Shown one piece after another: positions 1-10,090 of a stretch of DNA of 52,749 nucleotides. The stretch is from the NCBI GenBank assembly GCA_964248365.1, contig CAXTYC010000036.1, forward strand, positions 1-52,749, in the 5' to 3' direction. This DNA comes from an uncultured Chroococcidiopsis sp. (GTDB taxonomy: Bacteria > Cyanobacteriota > Cyanobacteriia > Cyanobacteriales > Chroococcidiopsidaceae). A program made the position numbers and the translations under genes. A model generated the notes under the pieces. That model searched no databases and had not been told where the DNA came from. It saw only the letters and a list, made by a program, of their open reading frames with translations. Every line of letters starts with the position of its first letter. The stretch's first letter is position 1.

Positions 1-1239
1 CCTACGAATCGCTGAATACAGCTAGAGCGAGGGACTCCTTGCACTTGAAGTTGAATTGCCGGAAGACGCACAGTTGTGGAAAAGCGAGAATCTTGTGTAG
101 TGGCTAAAGCCCAATGTAGGAAATTGCTTTTTGCTAAATTCTTTTGAAACGTTGTGGACATGAAACTATTTGATTTTCTCAACTCTTCTTGCAGAACTAT
201 TGCTGATAAAGCACTAACCGTCATCCCTTGACCGTAGACAGGGCATAAGGCGCACACCGCATCTCCCAAAGCTACAAAACCTTGAGGCAGCAAGACTTTT
301 TCATAATGGCGTAACCTATTAGCAGTGGCTCGATGGGCATAGATAGGTGATACTGGCTCAGCCTGTTTGATTGCTTCATAAAACTTCAAGCTGGGCAAGC
401 TACGTGCAAACTCCAAAAATCCCCCATCATCTAGAGGGGGAAAATCGCGCCCATAACCGCCAAGAGTAGCTATCCATTCCCCGCCTTCAATTTTTGCTAG
501 ATATCCTAATCTCGTCCCATGCGGGGGAGAATGGGATATGAGCATTACTTTCCAGTCAGCCTGAAATGAATTTGGTTCTCGATAACGACGAGTTGCATAA
601 CCAAGGTATGGATTAACAACTGTTTCTGGTGGTGGCGTAAAACCTAGACTTTTCAACCACTGCGGTGCTTGGGAACGACGACCACTTGCATCTACTACCA
701 AAGTGGCTGACAACTGCTCTTGGGTTCCTCCACCAATTGAGCGTACAGATACTCCAGTTACATAATTGCTAGAGTTTAAAAGCAGCCCTGTGACGCGCTG
801 TTGTTCCACAATGCACATTGGGGAAATCAGATAATCTTCGTCTGATAGCAGACTCTAGTAGAGGACGGCTGCAAGTAAAGGAAACGATATCCCAGGCAGA
901 TTTCGCGTTAGCACTCCAGCCGCCGTGAATAAAATAATGAAATTCTCGCGCCCAATCAATTGTCAAAGCGCCAGCAGCCTCTAATTGGGAGCCGATACCT
1001 GGGAAAAGTTCTTCTAGTATTCTGTAACCTTTGGTAAATAAAACGTGAGGTTGAACAGATTGTGGTACACCTTTACGAGCAATAGGATTGTCAGGGATTT
1101 TGTCTGTTTCAATAATTGTGACTGAGGAAAAATGCTCAGCCAGTACTCTAGCTGCAAGCATTCCAGCAATGCTACCGCCAACGACAACAGCATTTTGTGT
1201 CTCTAGATTTTCAAATTTATTTTGGCGGACTAAATTCAT
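1..1239 (-). pseudogene. FAD-dependent oxidoreductase/monooxygenase with a frameshift at ~810 (pseudogene or sequencing error); 3' end runs off the window
   Basis: ORF 769..1239 has the Rossmann motif AVVVGGSIAG and ends aberrantly. From 809 a different frame reads VEQQRVTGLL...LVVDASGRRS...ALGDAVCALCPVYGQGMT, i.e. the DG and GD motifs of flavin monooxygenases. Confidence 0.85.
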
Positions 1240-1918
1240 CGTTCTGGAATTGGGCTAAATGTTGACGCAAGATTGCTTGAATTTGCTCTTGTACAGCTAT
1301 TTCATTCAAACTAGCATCAATCCGCACAAAGGAGTTTGGGTGTTGCGAGGCTAATTGTGTGTATCCTTGCTGTACACGGCGATGAAACGCGATCGCCTCT
1401 TGTTCAATTCGGTCAGCTACTCCCAATGAGCGCGCCCGTGCTAGACTCACCTCAACGTCAACATCTAGCCAGATTGTCAAATCACTCTCTAATCCACCTG
1501 TGGCAATAGCGTTAAGCTGATGAATTAACCAAAGATCTAAACCTCTACCATAGCCTTGATAGGCAACAGTTGAATCAGTATAGCGATCGCACAAAATAAT
1601 TGCCCCGTTATGCAACTGGGGTTTGAGTACTTCCTCTACGTGCTGCGCTCGATCTGCTGCAAATAACAGTAGTTCAGCAGAATTTGTAATTGGTTTTTCT
1701 GCTGAATAATCCAACAACAGTCCACGTACTGCTAAACCTAAAGGAGTTCCCCCAGGTTGGCGCGTGACTACCACTGTTTGGGATGGCAATATCTTTTGAA
1801 GCCATTGTCTGGCTGCGTGTATTTGCGTTGTTTTGCCAGAGCCTTCTACCCCTTCAAACACAATTAGTTTGCCACCCATTTTGGGCGATTCTACCTCACT
1901 TGATTTTGATGCTGTCAT
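1217..1918 (-). CDS. tmk: thymidylate (dTMP) kinase
   Basis: LIVFEGVEGSGKTT P-loop, ELLLFAADRAQH and CDRYTDSTVAYQG motifs. Confidence 0.96.
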   Translation of the reverse strand: MTASKSSEVESPKMGGKLIVFEGVEGSGKTTQIHAARQWLQKILPSQTVVVTRQPGGTPLGLAVRGLLLDYSAEKPITNSAELLLFAADRAQHVEEVLKPQLHNGAIILCDRYTDSTVAYQGYGRGLDLWLIHQLNAIATGGLESDLTIWLDVDVEVSLARARSLGVADRIEQEAIAFHRRVQQGYTQLASQHPNSFVRIDASLNEIAVQEQIQAILRQHLAQFQNDEFSPPK

Positions 1919-1972
1919 CTGGACAGTTGGCTATTATAGTACAGACTTATTTTTGCTGGCTGAGGAGTGCTT

Positions 1973-2317
1973 ATGGCTCGCTACACTTGTTCTTTCACTG
2001 TGGCAGTTGGTGTTGATCGTCTCAGACAATTGTTGGCAGAAATTTTACACTCGTGCAATTTGGATCTAGTGTATGACAACAGTGACTACATGATGGCGCG
2101 GGAACAGCCTGGGATGGTTCCCTTTTCCAAGTTAGTGACAGTAGAAGTACTGATTGATAAAATCACAGCTACCACAAAAGAAACACAGATAATTATAGTG
2201 GTTAAAAGTGAGGAACTAGCGCTCATGGTTGACAATCACTGTCATCGCAAATTTAACCATCTCAAGCAAACAATTTTAGAGAACTGCAACTGGCAACTAG
2301 TGGAAGTAGCTAGCTAG
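1973..2317 (+). CDS. conserved cyanobacterial hypothetical protein
   Basis: GAGGAG at 1962-1967 precedes ATG 1973; 114-aa globular-looking ORF divergent from tmk. Confidence 0.75.
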   Translation: MARYTCSFTVAVGVDRLRQLLAEILHSCNLDLVYDNSDYMMAREQPGMVPFSKLVTVEVLIDKITATTKETQIIIVVKSEELALMVDNHCHRKFNHLKQTILENCNWQLVEVAS

Positions 2318-2361
2318 CATTGGAGCGATCGCAGTGAGCTAGTTGTGTTCATAATTGAGAT

Positions 2362-2784
2362 TTACTCATCAAAATCGGGCATCATATTAGGTCCAATCAG
2401 TGTTACATCATACTCATCGAGTGGTCCCGATGGAATAGTTTCTCGTTTAAGTAGATAATAAACTGCTCGCACTCTAGGACCAAAAACAACTTCATCTTCA
2501 TCTTGCAAATCGTGTGCCTGAAGTTTGCGACCATTAATTAGTAGACCATTGGCACTAGGTTTGCCTTTAGCATCGCCGTCAACAATCCGATAATAGGAAC
2601 TCCCATCTTCCTGTGGAAGCCGGACTAATGTAGCATGACGACGAGAGACAAATTGTGAAATCAGACGAATATCACATCGGGAATCTCTGCCGATGGAATA
2701 AACAGGACCATCGAGGACGAACTCTTTGCGTCCTTGATCGTCTTCTATAATTAGTAGATGGTTCTGATTGGTTTGTGAAGCCAT
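2362..2784 (-). CDS. FHA domain protein
   Basis: IGR, VSRRHA and SANG FHA signature residues. Confidence 0.92.
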   Translation of the reverse strand: MASQTNQNHLLIIEDDQGRKEFVLDGPVYSIGRDSRCDIRLISQFVSRRHATLVRLPQEDGSSYYRIVDGDAKGKPSANGLLINGRKLQAHDLQDEDEVVFGPRVRAVYYLLKRETIPSGPLDEYDVTLIGPNMMPDFDE

Positions 2785-2877
2785 TGAATGTGGGTTGTAA
2801 TTAGTTGTTTAAGGCGCTAACGCTCTAGAACTTTTACCCTGATTAGGTGTCTGCTACTTAACCACACTCTTGAGTAA

Positions 2878-5529
2878 TCATTCTTGACCTAGTTTAACTC
2901 TGATTGACTGGCAAGCGAGCCTATTTTTTAAACGACGTAATAACAAGGAATTTGTCACTACGCTAACTGAACTAAACGCCATTAAAGCACCAGCAGCAGC
3001 CGGACTGAGGACAAACCCTGATATTGGTAATAAAACACCAGCAGCAATCGGAATTCCGCAAACATTGTAAGCAAATGCCCAAAATAAGTTTTGACGGATT
3101 TTATTAAATGTAGCTCGACTCAATTCGATTGCTGCTACAACATCGGTTAATTGAGTCCGCATGAGTACAATTTGGGCAGTTTCCATTGCTACATCTGTCC
3201 CAGCTTGTAGAGCAATTCCGACATCAGCGATCGCAAGTGCTGGGGCATCATTGATACCATCTCCTACCATTGCCACAACTGAGGGGTTAGGGGCGATTTG
3301 CTGGGGGCTAGTGGTAAGAGGCGAGAGGCGAGAGGCGAGAGGCGAGAGGTTTTTCTCACGGGGCTTCCCCTGCTCCCCCTGCTTTTCCCCTTGCAGGGAC
3401 TTGACAATCGCCGCCTTTTGATCAGGGCGAATAGAGGCAAAGACTCGTTCGATCCTAAGTTGCCGTGCGATCGCACGTGCTGCTTCTGGTGTATCTCCAG
3501 TCAGCAGTATCACTTGTAAACCCATCTGGCGCAAACTATCAACTGCTATGCTTGCCTCTGGTCTGAGGGTATCCATTACCGCTATTAATCCAGCCAGTTT
3601 ACCATTTACAGCCACGTAGACGACTGTTTTACCTTCTGCTGCCCATGCTTGTGCTTGCGCCTGTGCAGTTTGGGTGGGCAAAATTCCTTGCCCAGTTAAC
3701 CAGTCCCAGTTACCTAATAATACCCGTTCACCTGCTACCAATGCGGATACCCCTAGCCCTGCTGCTGTATAAAACTCACTAGCATTTGGGATAGATAAAC
3801 CTTGCTGCTGGGCTGACTGTTGAATTGCTGCTGCTAGGGGGTGACTTGTGCCACTTTCTGCCGCCGCCGCTAATTGAAGCAGGGCATGGGAAGCTGGGGA
3901 GGCAGGGGGAGCTGACAGAACTGAGGAATTAACTATTCTAACTTCTGACCCCTGACTTGTGACTTCTGACTCCTGACTTGTGACTTCTGCAACCGCGATA
4001 CAATCAGTAACCGTAGGATTTCCTGTCGTAAGGGTTCCAGTTTTATCAAATACTACTGTATCTAGGTGGTGTACTCGTTCTAGGACATCACCGCCTTTAA
4101 TTAATAATCCCCGTTCGGCTGCTAAGCCAGTACCAACCAAAATCGCTGTTGGTGTGGCAAGTCCTAAAGCACAGGGACAAGCAACTACCATCACAGCGAT
4201 CGCTAGTTTCAAACTCAATAGCAACGGCGATAGCTGTTGAGGAGGTGTTATATGTGCCAGGTGTTGGGTGTGCATTGTCAAGTGTTCAGAACTATACCAA
4301 TGCCCCATTGTTAAAACATCAGACCAAATGTGAGTGCCAATAAAGTACCAAAAAACAAATGTTAAAGCCGCAACTGCTAAAACACCATAGGTAAAGTAGC
4401 CAGCTACTGTATCTGCTAATCTCTGTACTGGGGCTTTGCGAGTTTGGGCTGCTTCTACTAGGGCAACAATTTGAGAGAGGGTTGTATCCTTACCTATGCG
4501 GGTTGCTTGAATAGCGATCGCCCCTGATTGATTGATTGTACCAGCCGTGACCCCCTCCCCTGGTTGCTTCATCACTGGTATTGATTCACCAGTCAACATC
4601 GATTCATCTACCGTTGTCTGTCCAGTCACCACCTCCCCATCAACAGGGATTTTCTCTCCAGGCAAAACCTGCAACCATTCCCCCACCTTTACATGAGCAG
4701 CAGGAATTTCTACACTGGAGTGTTGTCCGTTTTTAGTAGCTTTCTCTGGGTTGGCAATTAAACGGGCAAAGGAGGGTTGCAGTGCCAGCAATTGTTTAAA
4801 CGCTGCTGCTGCGCGACCTCTAGCTTGTTGCTCCAACGTCCTTCCCAGTAGAATAAAGCCCAATAGCATCACTGGCTCATCAAAAAAACACTCCCACCCC
4901 AACTGAGGAAACAGCAAGGCAACTAAGCTAGCAGTGTACGCTGTCAGGGTTCCCAGTCCCACGAGGGTATTCATATTGGGTGCATTATGCCGTAATCCCC
5001 GCCAGCCATCAACTATGATTTCTCTACCTGGTGCTAGCAGTGTTATTGTGGCGAAACCGCAATGGAGCCAGATGTTATAACTCAAAAACGGCAGATTGGG
5101 ACTACCCCACCATTGACTGAAATGCCCCGCACTAGAGAGGATTAGCAGAACAGCAGCCGTAACTAATTGCCAAAATGCAGACTGCATCTTTTGGCGATGT
5201 TGTTCATCTAAATCTATTTGAGCGGTTGTCTCTCCTAGTGTGTCAGCAGATCTAGGTTTAGACGTAAACCCTGCTGAAGTTAACTTATCAGCTATTGCCT
5301 CTGGTTCTACTGCACCAGCTTCACACTCTACAACTGCTACTTCGGTTACTAAGTTGACACAAGCATTTAGAACACCTGGATGCTGTACCAGTTGTTTTTC
5401 TACTGTTTTCACACAGCCTGCACACTTCATCCCCTGCACATCCAGGGTAATTGTCTGGGTCATCGGTGCATCTGCGGATACGTTACCTGTGGCTGCTTGC
5501 TTCAAATCAGTTGGCGGAACAAGTTGCAT
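2878..5529 (-). CDS. ctaA: Cu(I)-translocating P1B-type ATPase (CtaA-like)
   Basis: N-terminal GMKCAGC HMA, TGES, CPC, DKTGT, HP, GDGINDAP, YN and MAFSS motifs. Confidence 0.88.
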   Translation of the reverse strand: MQLVPPTDLKQAATGNVSADAPMTQTITLDVQGMKCAGCVKTVEKQLVQHPGVLNACVNLVTEVAVVECEAGAVEPEAIADKLTSAGFTSKPRSADTLGETTAQIDLDEQHRQKMQSAFWQLVTAAVLLILSSAGHFSQWWGSPNLPFLSYNIWLHCGFATITLLAPGREIIVDGWRGLRHNAPNMNTLVGLGTLTAYTASLVALLFPQLGWECFFDEPVMLLGFILLGRTLEQQARGRAAAAFKQLLALQPSFARLIANPEKATKNGQHSSVEIPAAHVKVGEWLQVLPGEKIPVDGEVVTGQTTVDESMLTGESIPVMKQPGEGVTAGTINQSGAIAIQATRIGKDTTLSQIVALVEAAQTRKAPVQRLADTVAGYFTYGVLAVAALTFVFWYFIGTHIWSDVLTMGHWYSSEHLTMHTQHLAHITPPQQLSPLLLSLKLAIAVMVVACPCALGLATPTAILVGTGLAAERGLLIKGGDVLERVHHLDTVVFDKTGTLTTGNPTVTDCIAVAEVTSQESEVTSQGSEVRIVNSSVLSAPPASPASHALLQLAAAAESGTSHPLAAAIQQSAQQQGLSIPNASEFYTAAGLGVSALVAGERVLLGNWDWLTGQGILPTQTAQAQAQAWAAEGKTVVYVAVNGKLAGLIAVMDTLRPEASIAVDSLRQMGLQVILLTGDTPEAARAIARQLRIERVFASIRPDQKAAIVKSLQGEKQGEQGKPREKNLSPLASRLSPLTTSPQQIAPNPSVVAMVGDGINDAPALAIADVGIALQAGTDVAMETAQIVLMRTQLTDVVAAIELSRATFNKIRQNLFWAFAYNVCGIPIAAGVLLPISGFVLSPAAAGALMAFSSVSVVTNSLLLRRLKNRLACQSIRVKLGQE

Positions 5530-5745
5530 AGATTCTGGGGTTTACTACAACACCTCACACTTATTCACTGTAGCGTTTCTGCTGTGAACAAAGGTTAAAG
5601 ACAGCACCTGCTACTCAAAATTTTCTTTTAGGCATAGTTTTCGCTACACATTACAAATAATCAAGGTGACGGGCTTCTATTATCCTCGTGACTACGCTCT
5701 CGCCTTGTCACCAAAAAATAGAGGTTCCGCCTCAATTAAATTAAT

Positions 5746-6396
5746 TCAATCCTCTGTTGAATCACTAGAAAGATTAAAACCAACAATATCTTCATATGCA
5801 GCTATCATTGCACATCCACTTAAAGGAGCAGTAAACAACAAACCAACTATTAGTGATAGAATACCAACTATATTAATCAATCCTAAAACCAAAATAAAAC
5901 TAAACATTGAAAACCAATTTTTTGTAATAATTTTTCTGCTTGCTTCCATCGCAGCCCAGAAAGGCATTTTCTTTTCTACTATTAATGGAATTGTAAACAT
6001 ATATGCTATTCCTAAGTAAATGCCAGGGATAAGCAAAAGAATCATACCAATAAATACAAACACAGACATTAAAATAGTTGAGAATATAACTGGTATGAAG
6101 TATTTAAATCCTCTAAAGAAATCATCAAAACTTACTTTTTTGTTTTTAGCAATCTTCACAGCAACAAAAGTAAATCCGGCATTCATTAACGCGCCAATTA
6201 CTAGACTAGCAACTTCAGTAATTTGAGGAAAAGCTTTTAGCCTTAAATTAATAGACAAAACTATAAAGAAAAAAAAGAAGAAGTTAACCCAATTTTGTTT
6301 AAATATTTCCCAACCTCGGCTGAGATATTTACCGATATTTACCTGATAGCCTTGTTGAAGTAAAGTTTCAAAGTTGTTTGGATTGCTACTATACAT
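5746..6396 (-). CDS. integral membrane protein (several TM helices), AT-rich gene
   Basis: 216-aa hydrophobic ORF with LLLIPGIYL and WAAMEASRK motifs typical of DUF975-like membrane proteins. Confidence 0.75.
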   Translation of the reverse strand: MYSSNPNNFETLLQQGYQVNIGKYLSRGWEIFKQNWVNFFFFFFIVLSINLRLKAFPQITEVASLVIGALMNAGFTFVAVKIAKNKKVSFDDFFRGFKYFIPVIFSTILMSVFVFIGMILLLIPGIYLGIAYMFTIPLIVEKKMPFWAAMEASRKIITKNWFSMFSFILVLGLINIVGILSLIVGLLFTAPLSGCAMIAAYEDIVGFNLSSDSTED

Positions 6397-6701
6397 AAGG
6401 ATTTATTTCTATAAAAAATAGGTTAATTTATTACTGCTATAATTCATATTTGCTGTTACTATACTCAGTGTTAAGTAACAAGCAAAAATGCTAGTGCTGA
6501 GCTGCTAAATATGCATTAATCTGCTAAAGATAAAATATATAGTAGCAGTGAGATTATATAAAAGTGGATAGTAATATTACGGAAGAAGAGTAGTTTATTA
6601 GTTAAACAGTAATATTACTTAAATTAATAATCAATTAAAATAACTGGCACTTAGATGTAAATGACTGTTAATAGTACCTGAATTTAGGAAAGATAAATTA
6701 A

Positions 6702-6726
6702 GTAAGGTGGGCGTTGCCCACCCTAC
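6702..6726. repeat. REP-like palindrome (GTAG family), possible terminator of the CPBP gene
   Basis: GTAAGGTGGGC-GTT-GCCCACCCTAC, immediately past the stop at 6729. Confidence 0.75.
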
Positions 6727-6728
6727 TA

Positions 6729-8345
6729 TTAACTAGAGCTGCTGCCTAAGATAAATAGACTTAGCAGTGTGCCACTATTCCAGAGGCTGTGTAGCAGCAT
6801 GGAAGAAAGGAGATTGCGCGATCGCGTATAAACTACCCCTAAAACCATTCCCAATACTGTCAGCGGCAAAATTTCAGAAAGGCTTAGGTGTGCGATCGCA
6901 AACAATAAACTACTTATCACAATTGCTCCCCATACAGGTAAGTAACGAGTCAAGGAAGGAAGCAGAAAACCCCGAAACAGGAATTCTTCAAAAAAGGGAG
7001 CAGCAATTGAGGCGGTAAAGAAGAATATACCAAGTGCAACCTGATCTTGCGACTCTAATGCTAAAGACAATAGCGGATTACTACCCCCCTGTCCTTGCCA
7101 CAATTGTTGATTAATGATCGATACCAAAACTACCAAAGGCAAGGCTACGCAATAGCCACCTAGCCCCCACAACCACCAGTAACCACGCAAATTGAGGCGA
7201 AACCAATCTTTTGGCAAAGGAAAAAATGGTTTGATAGATAGATACAATACTCCCAATCCACCCGCAGCCAATAATAGGTAATTGACTAGTACGTAGAATG
7301 CTTGCAGCCGCACATTACCAGCAGTTGGCTTGACATTTAGAAATGTAAGTGCTAATGGGATTAGTAATTGTCCCATGAGGAAAAAGCCGACGATGAACAC
7401 TTGCCAAACTGTCTCGCCAGTCCAAGGCGTTGACCAAGGAGTATCCTCGTTTTGAGCAAGTAAAGATTCTTTTCCTTTTCTTAAACGCCCACTGAGCAAA
7501 AAAATGATTAGTCCTATACCAGTAAAGCCAGCCAGTGCAGGAATGCTACCAATAATTGCTAACTTCAGTAAGGCTTGTTGTGCTGCTGCTTGTTCGGTTG
7601 CTTCAAGTTCCTCTAGTGCGTTTTGACGTTGCTGGAGTTGGTACAGTCTAGATAAAGAGCGATCGCGGAACCATCCATCTAAAGAGGCTTGAATTATCTG
7701 CTGAGCATCAGGTAACAACCGTGCCGGATCGCTCCAAAGCCCAATCAACACATTAGCCGTCTCAATTAAATTGGGGGCTGGGGGCTGGGGGCTAGGGGCT
7801 GGGGAATTTTGGTCTCCTCTGCTCCCCTGCCCTACCCTCTCCCAAGTCTTCAACGCTACATCCGTCTTCCCCTGTTGGGCTTGTAATATTCCTAGCCGCA
7901 AGTCTAGTTGGGCAATTAATTTTTCTAGTTGGTTAATTGACTGCTGCAATATTTGCTGCTGTCTAAGGCGGGAGGTGTCGGTAGTAGGAGCGATTTGTGT
8001 CTGAGGTTTAGGTGTAGCTGGGGTGGAAGGTGGTTGCGAGCGCAGTTCTTTTAGTTGTGCTTGCGCTTTGAGCAAATTCTTAATTGCCGATTCCCGTGCT
8101 GCTTGGTATTGCTCTGTCGCCGCCTCTAGGGGCTTGTCTCCTACCAGAGTATTACGAGCAGAGGATAAATTCGCGTCTCCATTGTCTTGTGGTTGCCACT
8201 GGGACGCTTGGAGCAAGAGATTCGTTTGGTAGAGTTCCAAACGACTTTCAATTTGAGGCTGTTGCCAACTTTCCCATAAAGATACCCCAGCAAGCAAGAT
8301 TGCCAATACCGTCAGCACACTTAAAATTATCCGCTTAATTGTCAT
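6729..8345 (-). CDS. CPBP-family (CAAX/Abi) intramembrane metalloprotease with a large soluble N-terminal domain
   Basis: EEFLFRG, FAIAH and HSLWN motifs; ATG at 8345 preferred over the upstream start that lies in repeats. Confidence 0.92.
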   Translation of the reverse strand: MTIKRIILSVLTVLAILLAGVSLWESWQQPQIESRLELYQTNLLLQASQWQPQDNGDANLSSARNTLVGDKPLEAATEQYQAARESAIKNLLKAQAQLKELRSQPPSTPATPKPQTQIAPTTDTSRLRQQQILQQSINQLEKLIAQLDLRLGILQAQQGKTDVALKTWERVGQGSRGDQNSPAPSPQPPAPNLIETANVLIGLWSDPARLLPDAQQIIQASLDGWFRDRSLSRLYQLQQRQNALEELEATEQAAAQQALLKLAIIGSIPALAGFTGIGLIIFLLSGRLRKGKESLLAQNEDTPWSTPWTGETVWQVFIVGFFLMGQLLIPLALTFLNVKPTAGNVRLQAFYVLVNYLLLAAGGLGVLYLSIKPFFPLPKDWFRLNLRGYWWLWGLGGYCVALPLVVLVSIINQQLWQGQGGSNPLLSLALESQDQVALGIFFFTASIAAPFFEEFLFRGFLLPSLTRYLPVWGAIVISSLLFAIAHLSLSEILPLTVLGMVLGVVYTRSRNLLSSMLLHSLWNSGTLLSLFILGSSSS

Positions 8346-8651
8346 GAAACCACCGTTATTTTTATCGCCCCTTTTGGGAATTATCGCAAGAAACAAAAGC
8401 AATTCATAATTCGTAATTCGTAATTCGGAAGGTGTAAGGCAAGAGGCAAGAGGCGATCTGCGAGAGGATTTTGGATTAAAAAAACTCCCCTCAAGCCCCC
8501 CTGCTCCCCAGCGCCCCTAGCCCCAGCGCCCCTGCCATGCCCACAGGGGGCGATCAATTGCAAATTACCAACCATAAGTGTATAATCCGCTAGGCTTTCC
8601 CATGTGTGGAAAGCTTTAATTCAAAATCGTAAATCCAAAATCTAAAATTGA

Positions 8652-9989
8652 ATGACTACTCGTGTTGTCATCGTGCGTCACGGTCAAAGCAGCTACAACG
8701 CCGAACGGCGGATTCAAGGTCGTAGTGATGCGTCCGTCTTGACCGAAAAAGGTCGTGAAGATGCCCTTAAAGTTGGGGAAGCCCTCAATAACCTTAAATT
8801 TGCTGCCGTATACACTAGTCCTCTACAACGAGCCAAACAAACAGCAGAGGTACTCAATAGCTGTTTCGCCACAGCCACCACTTTGACTGCTACAGATCAA
8901 TTGATGGAAATTGACCTACCTTTGTGGGAAGGTCTTCTAGTTCAAGATGTGCGGGAGAAATTTCCAGAAGATTACCACTGCTGGCATAATCATCCTGATG
9001 AACTAGTGATGCTAGTTCCACAATCCCAAGGTTCAAGAGAACATTTTCCCGTCCTAGCACTCTACGAACAGGCAGGGCAGTTTTGGCAAGAAATCTTGCC
9101 CCGCCATGAAGGAGAAACAATTCTAATTGTTGGGCATAACGGCATTAACCGCGCCCTAATTAGCACTGCGCTTGGAATATCGCCCAGTCGCTACCACTCT
9201 ATACAGCAGTCTAATTGTGGCATTAGTGTGCTGAATTTTGCAGGAGGGTTAGGGCAACCCGTTCAACTAGAATCTATGAATCAGGTTGCCCATTTGGGTA
9301 GGGAAGTTTTACCGTCGCTGCGACCTAATCATAATGGTCCGCGCTTATTGTTGGTGCGTCATGGTGAAACAGACTGGAATCGCCAAACCAGATTTCAGGG
9401 AAACATTGATATTCCCCTTAACGACAATGGCAGAGAACAAGCTGGCAAAGCAGCCTCCTTTCTCAAGAATGTACCGTTAGATTTTGCTTTTAGTAGCCCC
9501 ATGCTGCGTCCAAAGGAAACAGCAGAGATTATTTTGCAGTACCAGCCTAATGTCCAATTAGAATTACGAGATGGATTAAGGGAAATTGGTCACGGACTCT
9601 GGGAAGGAAAATTAGAAGCAGAAATAGAGCAGACCTACCCAGGAGAATTGCATCGGTGGCGAACAGTCCCAGCACAAGTGCAAATGCCGGAAGGAGAAAA
9701 TTTACAGCAAGTGTGGGAGCGCGCTGTAGAAGCTTGGCAATCTATTCTCGAATCAGTAGCCAATTCCAAAACAGGTTTAGTAGTGGCTCACGATGCCACA
9801 AATAAAGTCTTGCTTTGCCATATCCTTGGTTTGGCTCCAGACCATTTCTGGAACTTCCGTCAGGGGAATGGCGCAGTTAGTGTAATCGATTATCCCCAAG
9901 GAATAACTGGTTTACCCGTCCTGCAAGCGATGAACATCACAACTCACTTGGGTGGTGTACTTGACAAGACAGCAGCAGGAGCATTGTAA
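8652..9989 (+). CDS. histidine phosphatase family protein with two phosphoglycerate-mutase-like domains
   Basis: Two RHG motifs (IVRHGQS, LVRHGET) and second His in VGHNG / VAHDA. Confidence 0.92.
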   Translation: MTTRVVIVRHGQSSYNAERRIQGRSDASVLTEKGREDALKVGEALNNLKFAAVYTSPLQRAKQTAEVLNSCFATATTLTATDQLMEIDLPLWEGLLVQDVREKFPEDYHCWHNHPDELVMLVPQSQGSREHFPVLALYEQAGQFWQEILPRHEGETILIVGHNGINRALISTALGISPSRYHSIQQSNCGISVLNFAGGLGQPVQLESMNQVAHLGREVLPSLRPNHNGPRLLLVRHGETDWNRQTRFQGNIDIPLNDNGREQAGKAASFLKNVPLDFAFSSPMLRPKETAEIILQYQPNVQLELRDGLREIGHGLWEGKLEAEIEQTYPGELHRWRTVPAQVQMPEGENLQQVWERAVEAWQSILESVANSKTGLVVAHDATNKVLLCHILGLAPDHFWNFRQGNGAVSVIDYPQGITGLPVLQAMNITTHLGGVLDKTAAGAL

Positions 9990-10090
9990 ATTAGTCCTTT
10001 GTCATTTGTACCATAGTCCTAGCCTGCGGCAGGTTCTGCCAAGGCATCTACGTTCAATACCAATGACCAATGACCAATGACCAATAACCA

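Noticed and set aside
8381..8575. Short ORFs 8381..8575, 12140..12352, 41344..41553 and 41388..41663
   Set aside because: They are translations of heptamer/octamer repeats or REP palindromes (NYELRIMN, RSQES, GAGARG).
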